Shown: positions 44,752-58,871, counted from the first letter of the whole stretch. The stretch is 63,754 bases of DNA, filler included, from Bigelowiella natans CCMP2755 (GCA_000320545.1; 4 parts of 4 records of this genome joined end to end with filler, not necessarily neighbours in it), one strand, 5' to 3'. The notes: generated from the sequence alone by a model not told the origin. Numbers and translations are program-made.

Positions 44752-47682
44752 CTATAATTTCTTAGAACTTTGCCTTGGCTTTGCACATGTGTCGCAGAGG
44801 ACGGGGAAGAGGTCATTTCTGCGTTCGCACTCAATCCAGAGATGGATGTTCGGTACAACCTGAATACGAAGAGTGACAAGAAGAAGACGAAGAAATAGAG
44901 AACATGTCCGTGGGTTATCGTGATGATGGCTATGATAATGACGTTTTTCATTTTGGAAAAACTCTCACTTCGTCTGGCATAGATTAAGAGATAAAGTTGA
45001 AGCAATCAGAGGGCATTTGAAAGAGTAACAGGGGAGATTGTGGCTGAGAGAATTACACACAGAACTAATCTAATCCATCTGACTTTCGTGTTGTGTTGAT
45101 AAAAAAATGTTAATTCGTAATAGGGTCAAATGATTACATGTTCAAAAAGCCCGTTTCGTCTCGATTCTGCGACGGAAGGAGGGAGTGATAGTAATATCTT
45201 TGCTAGGCGCTTGTAGCTGAGAAGAAGAAGAAGAAGAAGAAGAAGAAGAAGAAGAAGCAGCAACAGGATAAGGAGATTAAGATCAACGATAAATAAAGAT
45301 CACGGCAAAGAATCAAAGTTTTATCAACACAGATAGATGTACACTACTACCCGATATCCAATTTAACTCAAAACGGCTCTTATGTTTGGCAGTCGGTTTG
45401 ATGTTTGCAAAGCTTTGGTCATCTCCCGCACCACATTCATCATCATCTTCATCGCCATCATCATTATCATCGTCATCATAATCATAATCGTGTTATTATG
45501 TGTTATTTGATTACTGGAGCTCGATCTGTTCGCGAACTTTGTGCTTCAGACGTAGAGGTCCCATAAGAAGCGACTCCGACGAAGAAGAAGAAGAAGAAGA
45601 AGAAGATGATGATGATGATGTGGCAGCTGCCATCATCGGCTTATTACCATCATCATTGTCAGACTTGCTGTTGTTTTTAGAGGAGGCGGGTGCGTCATCA
45701 CCTTTTTTCGATATGATCGCTGCACTACCTTCCTCATTTTTCTTTGGTTCTTTCTTGTCCTCTTGCTTTGACCCGGAAGGGTTGCTATTCTGGCCATGTC
45801 CTTCCGCCCCCTCCTTCTTCTCTTCTTTGACGTGAGTTCCATCTTCTTTCTTTGCGGTGGAGGCATCGTCGTTCCCGGTACTACCATCATCACTGGCGTT
45901 TTTAGTTGCTGTTGACGTTGTAGTTTTCGCCTTCTTTTCCGTCAATGAGATCGATGATGATGATGATGGAGGCGGAGAAGCGGATGTGCTGCTCACATCC
46001 AACTTGTCTTGGTTTTTACCTGCCGACTCTTTCTCCTCCTCCTCTTTCTTCTGATTCTTCTCATCGTCTTTTTGTTCCTCAACCGACTTCATTGCTGGCT
46101 TGTTGCCCTCCTCCTCCTTCTCCGCATTATGATTGGTGTTGTTGTTGTTGTTCTTCATCACCGTCTTCTTCCCACCATCTCCATTGGCATTTTTGGAGCC
46201 TCCTACCTTCTCACTCTCTTCCTTTTCCTTCTTCGCTAATGCGCCTTCTCCCCCTGCAGAAGCAGCAGCGGCAGCAGCAGCATGGGCGGCGTTACCAGTG
46301 GCTATTGTGCTTGCAGTAGTCGAATTATCAGGAGCAAAAGCCCTTGCAGCCCATAGGATCATCGTATCCATCCGCGCGGATGTGTGTAGCGTCGTGATCC
46401 CGTAGCGATTTGCAAGGAGAGAGAGGACTCCGGCGAGGAGATGGCCAAAGCCAGGGTGTTTTCCAGGGGCGACACCAAAGAGCGCGACTTCGATGTTGGC
46501 AGCGGCCTGCACATGGCCGTCGTTGACTCGGAAAGTAGCAGCAGCCAGAAGTTGCTCCATCCCGTTTTGGCGGATGCATAACGCCATAGAGTGAAACCTT
46601 GCGGAGATGATGACGAGAGAGAATGAGGGGCAGCAGTTAGAGAACAATGCTCACAATTGTTTTAGGGCAAGGAAACAATAATAGCACATATTGGAAGAAA
46701 TGCTAAAAGGACGGTAGTAGAAAGCACACAGCAATTGCTTTAGTCCTGCTGCTGCTACTGCTGTTGCCCCATAGACAGTGATCGTCTTGCATGATGGAAA
46801 TCATTGCTTCACGTTTTCGGTCAAAAATCAAGATCCGAAGCAACCGTCATACCAAATTCTCTCTGTCTCTGTCCTCCCCCCCCGTTTCTGTCCCCCCCCT
46901 CACACAAATAATTATACTGTACCCTGAGAAATCGTAGAAACACATTTTTCCATCCTTATTCCTGGCACTACATTTGCCGTTTCTCGTTGCGGCTTGGCAA
47001 ATTTCGGGAGAAATGGCTCCGAAATGGCTTCGGTAATACAATTCGCTCACCCGTTTTGAATCCTATGTACACACGCACAAAAAGGCAAATGTTGATAGGG
47101 TTAAACACAAAAGATGTAGAATCATCAGCTCGTTCCGTACACAAAGAGAAAGGCATGAGAAGATGGAAATGTCGCATTATCGCCGTTATCGTCGTCGTGT
47201 TCGTGGGCTTGTGGTAGCATTTGTACCGAAGAAACTTCGGTGCCTCCAAAGACACGATAGAAAATCGGATAAGGATGAAACACGAACTCAAACATCTTTT
47301 GCCGGCGTAGGTCATGTGCAAGGTGAGAGGCAGCACCTAGGTTAACACATAGGAAGACACTAGTTTATGCAGGTGTGTTACCGCACAATGAAGAAGTCAT
47401 GTCGTAATAGAAAATGAAGCAGTGTGCATCTAACGCGCATGTACCATCCATTCTTCCTCACCTTTCTTCTTCCTGATGCATCGGTTGATGGTCTTCGGAA
47501 CGAAGATGTTGCATTGATAGCACGTTTTGATGCGATTGCGAGCTGATTGAGTTTGTATTTACAAGTAATACGTGAGCCAAAAATGGGAGGAGGAGGAGGA
47601 ATCATAGGAGACTGTGTCTCAAAATGATATTGTTTATATCTCCTACACTAGAATCACCATCTTAATCGTAGGATAATGTTTA

Positions 47683-47741
<59 letters not shown>

Positions 47742-49471
47742 GGGCTAAATTGGAAGAACGTATATTTTTATATTATCGGCAATTAAAACCTGCTGTTCCC
47801 AGACCTTCATTGCCATACATCATGGGGTATCTGGTGATGATGATGATAATAATAATAGTCACCGACTATCACGAAGGAATATACCATCATTGTTTTATAG
47901 CTATGGCTGCTATCTTACATCATCGAAAATGCTACAAACAGCACCGCACCACACCTCATTCTGAAGGAAGGCATCGAGAGCCCACATTATATACATATAA
48001 CATATATTTCAACATCATCAATCTTCTGCATGTTCTCGCGGCAAGTGTCACGCACACACGCACACACACGCACACTCGTTCTCGTACTACCCCCTATGGG
48101 TCGGGTATCCCGTCATGGAAAGAAGCTGTTGCGACATGGACGCGGGGGGAGGCTGATGAAGCGGGGGGTAGGGAGAGGAAACACCTCCGTGCGGGTGAGG
48201 AGGAAATCCTACGTGCACACAAGAAAAGCAAGAAAGGCAAACGCCATCCGTCAATATCACAGCTAGATCAACACAGAACATAGCAACCACCACCCATTAA
48301 AGACACGCCATTTCTCCAGGGGAAGAACAGCAGCCTTATATACGCGCCTCACCTAGCCTGCCTTCGGGGTTATGAATCTGTGCTATCACCACCACCACCG
48401 CCAATACCAATACAACTAGCTTCATTACAGTGCGCGGGAACTACCTCCTCGTAATTGTGAGATGATGGGGGGCGAGTTGGGCTGCGTGGCCGTCGTATCA
48501 CTCCCCGGAGTTCCCGGCGAGGGGCGATTGTAGTAGTACCCAGCACCCCCTCCTCGAGCAGGTATTCGTACACCGAAACGATGCTGCTTCAAATCCATCT
48601 GATGGTAATGACTAATGTGATTGTCTGGAGAGACTCTAATCGCTTTCCCATGCCCTCCTCGAACGACGCCATTGCTGCTGCTCCCGTTGGCACTTCGCTC
48701 TGCCGTTCCAAGAGCAGCAGCAGCTGCAGACCAGTTATTTCCTCCAGCTGCTTGCCCCCCGACCTGGCCTTTCAGGTGGCCACGCTGCTGTTGTTGCTGC
48801 TGCTCTTTGTGCTTTTGCTGCTGTGCCGAAGAGGAGTCTGTTTTTCTTTTTTTGGATATGGGCTGTATGGAACGGTTGCCTGGTGGTGGTAAGAGTAGCA
48901 TAAGCAATAATAGTAGCAGTAGCAGCAGCAGTGCAGCAGTGGCAAGAATGCCCAAAGAAAAATAGAGCAGAAAATGTCGGTGCTGGTGGTGGTATAAACT
49001 CCCCCGCCCCCGCCTCCCTCCCCATCATCATCTCGGATTTCTGTCTAATATTTTGATGTTCTCTATACTTGCACTAGCGTTCCCAGAGGCAAGAAAGTCG
49101 AAGCAGTAGCGGAAGAGAGGCTGTTTCATATCCTTTGGAGATATCTTCTGGGAACGGTATTGACGATTGACGCGTCTCATGGTAGAATACCTGCGTGGAA
49201 CGGTGATATTTATTATCAGATTTCAATCGTCCATTTCTTCGTTATTTTCCTGTTTCAGATGCGTAGCGTGACTTTCTTTTTTTTTTAAAAGGTATATGAT
49301 GGATGGTGTTGAAATACCATCGGTTTTTGATAGCATGGTCAGTGCGACCAGGCAACAACTTAGCCATTGCAGACCTGATGAGCACCGCACCGCAACAGAG
49401 ACAACAACGACATTGGTGAGGAGAATCATGCAACAAATAGCATGCACGTCTTATCCGATAGGTTCATGATT

Positions 49472-49503
<32 letters not shown>

Positions 49504-49699
49504 TAGCATCATTTCCTATCAGGTAGCACCCACCATTTCGCTCCCATAGAACGATGCGTACGAATGATGATGTTGTCCTCGGATTCTGCCCCAAGTGTGC
49601 TTCTTCACGTTGGGGTCCAAGTGGTTTTCGCCACCTCTCCGAGCACCTACATTGTTATGTATGATGCATATGAATCAGCAGCCGCCGCCAACAATTGAA

Positions 49700-49735
<36 letters not shown>

Positions 49736-50145
49736 ATAATATATCAGTACGGTGCGGTGCCAAGCACTGCTAGCATTCAATTCAATAGGAAGAGAACTCC
49801 GCAATCATGTCCACGAAGCTTGCTTCTTCTTGGTATGTTTTTTGTTCTCTCTGGTAGCAGCTTGGATGCAGAATGCAGGCATGATTTCATGATTTATCTA
49901 CGACTCACTGTTTCGCCGTGCGGCCGGGCATTGCAGAGCACAAGAACTTCCATCCTATCACCCACACACGCACATGGTTAGATGCATGTATATGATGACT
50001 TCGTTTCCATGGGGTATGTGAGAATCGGTCTTTTCGGATGACGCGTCGTTACCAACACATCATTCATACAAACGCCACGAACTCACTATTATTGGTGTTC
50101 TATTCCTATGTTTACATGTATACAATCATCGTCGTCGTCGTCGAT

Positions 50146-50177
<32 letters not shown>

Positions 50178-50398
50178 TCATTTCATCTTCATAATCAGCA
50201 TCACCTTTATCCATCCCATGAGTCCGAACGAGTTCCAAAATCATCCTATCTTCCTCTGGTGTCCACGGGTTCCTGCCTCTCTCCCCCGCTCCTATGTACG
50301 ACAATCAGTGCAAGGGTTTTCGCACCACAGCTGAGAACAAGAGATCTCGCAAAAATTTTGAATTCGTAAAATTTCTGGATCTCACACTTACACGTATG

Positions 50399-50474
<76 letters not shown>

Positions 50475-51777
50475 ATAGTCTCTTCAGCACAAGTACAACC
50501 TGCTGTGACAGGAGTGACACCATGCAGCATAATTTCTGCAAGCTTTCTCTTGTTTGACAAAGATCCTACGTGGATTGGCCTCCCTGTGAGAAAACACAAC
50601 GCAAGAAAGATGAGTGAATCAAATCCAATGAAACCGCGTTGGCTGCCGTAAAAACACAAAATTTCAGAGAATATCGGTCTTTTAATGCAGAATCTATTGT
50701 ACAGACTTCCTCCCCCCCCCCCCCCCCCTTTATCAGTGCTAATAAATGTAATTAACCCTGCATGCCTACTGAAGTCGGTCCTCCCACGTGGCCAGCCATC
50801 ATCAACTGAGATGTGTGCGCTGATTGCGGGTACATCTAAACAAGCACACACAGAGATAAGTGATAATCAACAGAGCTGTCAATGAAGAGACGACTCTCAG
50901 TACAAATGTTTCCCTCGCTTCCATTTAGTATTTAGCTGACCCCTCCCCCCCCCCTCCCATCAATGGGTATAACTCACCCCGCCAATTACTGCTCCTCCCC
51001 CGGCTGTCCTGTTGGGGAGGTGCTGCATGTTATGGTGACTTGGGTAGCCACCCCTGCCCCTCAAACCCACGTCGTGACGTTGCTGAATCCCCGAGTACAT
51101 AGGGAATTCTAATGAGTGGCGAGCGCCTTCTGTTGCGTGAAGGGAGGCTGATTGAGCAGAGTGGTGACGTGGAGGCAGCCCAGATGCAGAGGCCATGTGT
51201 TGGGAGGAGGAGGAGGAGGAAGAACCTTGATGCAGCAGCTGCTGCTGATGCATGAGGTGAGAGTGGTACGACGATGGCGATGGACCTCCTCGTACTAACT
51301 GGCCTCGCTTTGACGTGGGAGGGGGCAACGAGGTGCTATTTCTCTCTCCAGTCATGGATTGCTGCAGCTGCCTGTTGTTACCGAATGACCGACAAAACAA
51401 CAGACGTTCATTTTCAAGGATATAGATCATGGCATTATGCTTGGTAGGACCTGACTATCATGCAAGACTCAGGCACGGCTTCATCGACTTACTTGCTCTA
51501 TATTGTAACTACTTCGATGATGATGTTTACACACCTCTCGTTGGAATTTATCTTTGTGCCTGCTGGCATATTGCTCGAGACTCTAGAAGTGCTACCAATA
51601 ACACGCTGTGACCCCTTCCTACCGCTCATACCCAGAGGGATCTGTGGGTTGCGGGAGGCAGCACTCGCGGGTGTTAACATCGTTGCGCCTTTCTGTGTTG
51701 GGAATTCCATTGCCTTGGTAGAGTAATCGCTTTCACGACTAGATTTGTGAGCACCAGCTGTCACTGATGACGCCTAC

Positions 51778-51821
<44 letters not shown>

Positions 51822-52620
51822 CATAAATAAATAAACATAGATTTTATGTGTTCGGGCTTCATCATTCGCTAGCGTGCATGCGTTTACCTTTTTCGACTTC
51901 CTTGGCGTTTTCTTTCTACCCGTCTTCTTCCGTGCCCCGGTGCCAGCTTTCGTATCTTGGGGACTGGACGGGAATGTGGATAAAGGATTGGCATGAATCG
52001 ATACTCGGGCATGAAGAGCAATAAAACGAATATCAAACACAAATTTATGAGTGGAACGGCACCGATTTTGAGCTACTTGAGTGTGGTTCAAATTCGCCTC
52101 GATAGAGCCACCGGCGAAGACAGCAGGTGTGAGCTTTGTATCGACTGTAGCACCATCTACCACTCCCATTGCGGTTGGCATCAGAACGCCGATGTTCTGA
52201 AAGCTGTGCATCTCGTTCTCATTGCTTCAATTACATCCAACACAAACAAACATAAGCGATTGCCGATCCCGATCAAAGAGAAAACCATTCATGCTTTCAA
52301 TGCCCTTCACTCATTACCTACCCCTACCTTATATGAGACGATTGCTCCATTGGATTCTGTTTTGGTGCCACCATCCCAGCCGAGAAGGGGGGGGGAACGT
52401 GAGAGAGGTAAGTAGAGGTTTGCGCGAAGTCGTTCGGTTGGGCAGGGTTTGAACTTTGTACGAAATCGTTCGGTTGAGAATGGTGCTGTGTATCTGCTGC
52501 TGCGGAGGGCTCGAATCCAGTGCCGGACAGCATGTCGAAACCCGGGAACAAGCCCATACCGTCATCATGGTGCTCTTCGTCATGATAGCCACCACCATCC
52601 ATCAATAGCAAACTAGACAT
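44752..52620 (-). CDS. R2R3-type Myb transcription factor, apparently continuing into a GNAT acetyltransferase-like domain
   Basis: ATG 52620. Myb exons GRNPWTPEEDRMILELVRTHG / GWKFLCSAMPGRTAKQ / CSERW..HLDPNVKKHTW..SEDNII / SAMAKLLPGRTDHAIKNRW / YSTMRR (49180-50290; two 1-nt homopolymer slips). GNAT-like LLAAATFRV...IEVALFGVAPGKHPGFGHLLAGVL...ITTLHTSA...W (46340-46600). 3' end approximate. Confidence 0.7.
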
Positions 52621-52814
52621 TTTGCTGTTGCTCCGTAAGGTGGAAAGTCCTGACCCCCTTTACCGTCAATGTTTGTCGATGGCTATATCCCACAAGTGCT
52701 AAACCAACACAGATACATGAGGGATGTGGAGATATGAGTCTGCAAATACATAGATGATACAAAAGTGGCATGAGCCTGTTAAAGTTGTCAGAGTATTACA
52801 ATGGAGAGCTTCTA

Positions 52815-53140
52815 TGTAGCGCGTACCACTACGCGGGCACAAGTCACGTGCGACAACAAAGGGGTTGTCGCGGATATAGAATATAGATAACGTAGATATT
52901 AATACAGCATAGGCACGTGGGTTCCGGCGGGACTCATGGCAGCACACCGGAAGTGTGCTGCCCCACGTGCGGCGGCATTCGCGAAAGCTTCGCGAATGAT
53001 TACGCAGTGCACGATTTAATAAAAATATAATCTTTAATAAAAATAAACACAACTCTTCAAAAGGAAGCAAACGTGCCTTTCCCCCCCCCTGCCTACTTGT
53101 GCACGTAGCGCCTCGGCCTGTGAACACCTTACGCGCAACA
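52815..53140 (+). repeat. 5' LTR (326 bp)
   Basis: Starts TGTAGCGCGTA and ends TACGCGCAACA (10/11 terminal inverted repeat). Contains TATA-like and AATAAA motifs. Appears identical to 62735-63060. Confidence 0.9.
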
Positions 53141-53145
53141 ACCTT

Positions 53146-53163
53146 TGGCTTCCACACACGGGA
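53146..53163 (+). promoter_or_regulatory. Primer-binding site (tRNA 3'-end complement)
   Basis: TGGCTTCCACACACGGGA, starting 5 nt after the LTR-terminal CA. Identity of the tRNA not established. Confidence 0.7.
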
Positions 53164-53179
53164 AACGATTTGACTAACA

Positions 53180-56100
53180 ATGTCACAGCAGCTAGAAGAA
53201 CAGCAGGACTTTGGCTCGCAGGCCGTGCAAGGGCACGAGCAGAAACAGGAAAGGAAGGGCGATACGGACGCTAAGGAAGGAGGAGGAACACCTCCACAGG
53301 CACCGCCGGGACCAGCACCCGGGATTAAGAAAGCAGATGCAGCAGCAGAGGCACTGGAGAACTTCTACGAGGCGGACGACGAGGACGTGGCCGCCGAAAG
53401 CAAGAAGGTCGTAATGGCATTACGAGCCTTGCGACCCAGGGCGAGCAACTACGCCAAACTGAAAGTATCGATAGAATACAAGTATCAGACACATGATGTT
53501 TGGGCAGCTATCATGCAGGACATCATGGATTACGAAGCAGACTTACCTCCAGAGTGGGCAGCTTTGTTTAGGAACGACGGGGGTCTGGGCGCCTCGCGGG
53601 GGACGACCCAGAGCACCGTCAAGCAGCAGCAGCCGGTACAGCGGAACACCCAGTTCATGTCTGTTAAAACAGCACCGGTTATGATAACGAAATACAACGG
53701 GAAAAGAGGTGAGGCAAGGAGGTGGTGGAAGAACGCTAGGAGTATACTCTGCGACTTTACCCCTAACCCCACCGAAAACGACAAGCTCAAATGGCTAGCT
53801 ATAATAAAGCAAGCCATGGACCTTTACGAGACAGGCAGGACCCGGATCAGGCAGCTGGAGAAAATACACACTACAGTTAGTGGGCTACGAGACGTTGAGG
53901 CGATAATGAAGGCTTTTGTAAATGAACAGGATGCTAACTCCCTACCCCAGGCTATTAGAAAATACAGAGCAATGATGCAGCATGAGAGAGAACCTGTTAG
54001 AGACTTTGCCACGCGCTTCCAGGATATGATCGACGAACTACATGATTTTAATTACAACACAGGTGATGATCAGGCAAGGTTTGAAGAGTTCAAGTTAAAG
54101 ATAAAGGAATCCACTTACGTTACGGAGAAAGGCTACACCACGATGGAGGCAGCAGTGCAGGCTATATCCCTACGCGAGCAGGAGCAGGACCGCAAGTTTA
54201 CCAGCCCTAAGGTACCTGGCATAGGAAACATTAACGCTATTAAGCCGCAGCGAGACTGGTACAAGGACAGGGAAGGTAACCGACGTTGCGGATACTGCTC
54301 ACGTAAAGGGAAACACACCGCTAAAGACTGCAGAGACAGGAAAGAAGGACGACCCAGGATGACGATCAGGCAGCTCAACGAACACTACGAGAAGTTAAAG
54401 AGAAAGAAAGGCAGAGGACAAGGATATAACAACAGCAAATGGCTAGGCAGCAACAACGGGAAGAACAATAAATATAAGAACAAGAAGCAGAACAGTATCA
54501 ATGCTATACAGCAGCAGATAAACGGAATATTAGATCACCTTAAGCAGGCGCCGACGAAGACAGCAGTACCAGCAACGCAGGACCAAGACAAGCCCATGAC
54601 CCTAGACGACATAAAGAACTTAGGAGTATGCAACATTAATGACGAAGACGCTAACAGGACTATCAAAGTTGCTATGACCAAGGTTAAAGTTAAAGACAGC
54701 TACGGAGACTACAAGAAACTACCTGCCCTTTGGGATAGTGGCAGCATGCCGAAGTCCTTCATAAGCCTAAGCACAGTAAGAAGGTTAGGACTATTGGATC
54801 AAGTGACTAAGAAAGAACGTAAATATGCTCAAGCAGACGGAAGCTCTTCTATGAAGACCGTCGGTGAGCTAATGCTAAAGCTACAGATACCTGGCAGCGA
54901 CGCGGAGACCCAAATCAAGACCCGAGTAGCCATGACTTTATCCATGGAACTACTCCTCGGACAGGATGCCCTAGAAAAATTAGGGGGGATCATATCATTC
55001 TACAATCACAAGATATACTATGCTAAGTTACCAAAGAAGTCAGGCAGGACCATCAGCCAGAACATGATACGGCTTGACGAGTGGACCTCTGAGTCAAGCG
55101 TTAATGCGTTAGAGTTTATGGACCTAGCGGACAACAAGCTACCTACACCTTCCGAGATACGGAAGAAGAACCCCGGCAAGACCATCCGACAGATAACGGA
55201 GCTACTGGACAAGACCCCCCCAGCTGATGATTGGGATATCGACAAAGGCAAAAAGTACATTAATAAAATATTAAACGAGAAGTACTCTGACATTACCAAG
55301 CCGACGACGAAGCCCTCCAGCAAACTTACCCCAGTAAAGATCGAGCTAAAGGAGGGATACGAAGAGTGCATCATCAATGACCCAGAACATAGGCGACCGG
55401 AAGCGGACTGGGAAAAGATAGAGTGGCAGATCAATGAATGGGCAAAGGAAGGGAAGATAGAGCCAAGCAACTCACCATGGAACGTGAGACATGTGCTAGC
55501 TAAGAAACCTACTTACCCTTTCTTCCGCCTGGCGCACAACTTCATCCGCCACAACCGAGTAATAAAGAGGATCCAGACACCTACACCAAGGATAGATGAC
55601 GTTATTGAACACGTCATAGGATACAAATACTACTCTTCCCTAGATAAAAATGAATCATACATGCAGACACCCATCCACAAAACCTCCCGCCCCATTACCG
55701 CGTTCTCCAGCAGGCACAGGAAGTGGCACTTCGTCGTATTCCCTTACGGCCTAAGCATATCAGGGGATGCGTTCAGTAGTCAGAACTACAGGGCATACAC
55801 ACATGATGGGATGGCGTCTGTGTTGTGGGTGTTTGTGTTTGTGTATGTGGATGATGACATAATATGTACCAACACAGTCGTCGCTCAGATCTTCCTCCTG
55901 GAAAATATATTTATTAGGTTTGCACACTTCGGTTTTACTATTAGACTGCAGAAGTGTACATTCCTAGCTACAAGAATCAAGTGGTGTGGATATTACCTGG
56001 AGCAAGGCCGCATCACCCCAAACCCCGAGAAAGTAGCAGCACTACAGCAAGCCCCTAAACCTAAGAATGCAAAGAAATTAAAGTCATTCTTGCAGACTGC

Positions 56101-57202
56101 AGCTTGGATACTACGTAGGTTCTCCCCTACCTACGCTAGGACTGCAGCTGCTTTTACTACTGCTTACCGGAAGGAGAACTCTGTAGGCCTCAGCTTCGCT
56201 AAGGTGTGGGCCAAGGCTGGCCTTGATGCCCACTTCGATAACCTAATAAAGTTATGCAGCAACACCCTATTGAATGCTAAGCTAGACACTACTAGACCAG
56301 CTACCCTATGGACAGACTGGTCTAAGCTAGGTATGGCTGCTGTACTTACCCAAGACCAGCAGATCATACGGGTGTGGGGCAGGGCCTGTACAGCAGCTGA
56401 GGCCAAATACAGCCCTACAAAAGGAGAGTATAAAGCCATGACTGAGGCGCAGAGGAAACTAAGATACTACCTGCTGTCGGTGCCCAGCTTCACCTTAATG
56501 ACTGACCACAAGCCCCTCCTAGGCATCAACCGCAAGCTCGAAGCGCCTAACGATGAGTATGCAGCTATGAGGGCGGACACGGAAGAGTTTAGGAACAAGA
56601 GGACAGTGGTCTACGCACCAGGAGACAAGCAGCTTGCTGACTATTTCAGCAGGCTGTTCGAAAAGAAAGTCCCTACCCAGGTCACCCCTATGGTTAACGC
56701 GATTACCTTCGAGGACGGCGACTTCCTGCCTGAGCCAGAGGAGCTCCAGCACCTTCAAGAACACCTGGATAAATACAAACACAAGCATGAGGTACTTAGT
56801 GATAGGATATATGTATACACTAATAATGTTAGGCGTACCTACGTGCCACGGCGGACCAGGGGAGCCCTTCTCTTTACCGCCCATGGACCTGCACACGTAG
56901 GAGAAAACCATATCACTGCTCTACTCTACCATTACTACTGGCCCTACAAGCTAAAAGAGATAAGGACATACCTGCGTGGCTGCAGGTGCTCCAGCTTGAA
57001 GGCGGCAGGCGTCGCCACCAAGGAGTCCAGCAAGAGCCGTGCATCTAAGAAAATCAAAGCAAGGAACTTCTTAGATATCGTGCAAATTGATGTTTATAAG
57101 TACGATGGCTATCACTACCTTACCTTCGTTGATGTGGCCACTGGAAAGTGCTGGGTTAAAAAGATTATCAAGGTCAACGTTGCTAAGAAGAACAAAGGCT
57201 TA
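53180..57202 (+). CDS. Gag-Pol polyprotein (partial)
   Basis: Zn knuckle CGYCSRKGKHTAKDC, protease LWDSGS, RT SPWN/FPYGL/YVDD, RNase H TDWS..GMAAVL..TDHKPL..ADYFSR, integrase HGPAH..YYWP, VQIDV, LTFVD. Uninterrupted for >1300 codons. Confidence 0.95.
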
Positions 57203-57302
57203 NNNNNNNNNNNNNNNNNNNNNNNNNNNNNNNNNNNNNNNNNNNNTTAATTAATTAANNNNNNNNNNNNNNNNNNNNNNNNNNNNNNNNNNNNNNNNNN
57301 NN
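57203..57302. other. Assembly gap with linker
   Basis: Same N/TTAATTAATTAA/N pattern. Confidence 0.98.
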
Positions 57303-57339
57303 ATATATATTATATAGGTAGGAGAGTGTGTGTAAGTAA

Positions 57340-57430
<91 letters not shown>

Positions 57431-57549
57431 TGTGTCTTTAATTAACTCAAATCGATGCTTTTTGCGGTGGCACGGCAACAAACAATATCTGACGTTTGTC
57501 GCATTCATTCACGCTGCCCCCCCCTCTCCGTCGTTCCCTCCTCTCTCCA

Positions 57550-58557
57550 GGCGTCGAAAATAATGCGCTATGGAGATGACCATCCAGAGCTTGTAGTCGT
57601 TAATAACGGTAAAATGTGCGCGCGCGCGCATGTGTGTGTGTGTGTGTGCGCATATTTCACGATACATGCTGAGAAAGAACTAGCCGGGTCATTTTCTTGT
57701 TTTGAATTTGCCTTTTTAAAAATAAACTTCCATTCTCAACGGTCAGGAATGGCAACAACCCTCTTCAAGCATGAGCGGGAGAACGAAAAGAAGACTAAAA
57801 AGAAAGGTGAGAGATCCCTGTTCCCCACAAGCCCCTCCCCCCCCCCCCCTTCGCTCTCCATACCACAAACTACTATCGATGCTATGGCGGCGACTGGAGA
57901 CTACTGCGTGTCTCCCTCTTAAATAATAATTTATACCCTCCTTCACTTCATCCGGCCCCTGCCGCCCCCTCAGGAGACTACTCAAGAAGCATAAACCTGC
58001 TGATTGATAGCCTTCGCATCATGGAGAGACTTCATGGCACCGAGCACATCCTGTCCGTACAACAACGAGCAATCTTAGCACAGATATCACCCTTGTTCGC
58101 GCAAAATGGGGGAATAGTCAGTAGTAAAAGCCCGTTCGTGGAAGGGGGGGTGGGGGGGGGAGTGGGAACATCCATCAAATGTTTTTCTTTCTGCTGCTAC
58201 TTGCTTACTACGCAGGCTGCTGCCAACACTTAACAAGCTGAACGTTATCTACACCGAGACGGACCTATCTCTCGTCGAGCGCCACGCACGCCGTGTCTTA
58301 AGCATCGTCGAGAAGAACAAGCATGCGGCGTCTGACATGCAGGTTGAGTCTGACAATGAAGAGGACGAGGGAGAGGGGAATTGCGGGGGGAGGGGGGGGG
58401 GGGGATAGTGCTAATTAGCCATTGCAGCAAAGCTGTGGTGATAGATATGCTGGGTGAGTTTGTTTTCTCAGCTTTCTCTCCGTCCTTGTATGCGCTAATA
58501 TACATGAATATGAAATATTATACATATATTTATTAATTTATATATGTGTTTTTATTA

Positions 58558-58590
<33 letters not shown>

Positions 58591-58839
58591 TATATTTATA
58601 TATTTATATTTATTTATTTATGTACATAAATATTTATTCAGCATATTTACTGTATAATGCGTGGGTGTGATTACACAGGAGCGGCAAGCACATTTCTCCC
58701 TTTCCAAAGTAGCAAAGCACGACGGTGACGTCGATGCGTACGTTACCCACCTCGAAAAGGTGTGTGTCCCCCCCCCCCCCCTCCTCCTCCTCCTCCTCCT
58801 CCTGCTGCTGCTATGATGTGCGTGCGTGTGTGTGTGTGT

Positions 58840-58871
<32 letters not shown>

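Larger units (their letters stand above)
52815..57202 (+). mobile_element. Ty3/Gypsy LTR retrotransposon, copy 1 (5' LTR through integrase; 3' end lost in the gap)
   Basis: LTR TG...CA, PBS, and a single gag-pol ORF in the order Gag-PR-RT-RH-IN. Confidence 0.95.

Noticed and set aside
49580-49640. Frameshifts in the Myb repeat exon suggesting a pseudogene
   Set aside because: Both are 1-nt excesses in homopolymers with intact motifs on either side; more likely sequencing error.
52699-53157. 152-aa antisense ORF across the LTR (also 62640-63077)
   Set aside because: Runs out of the LTR into different flanks in the two copies and has no domain; likely incidental.
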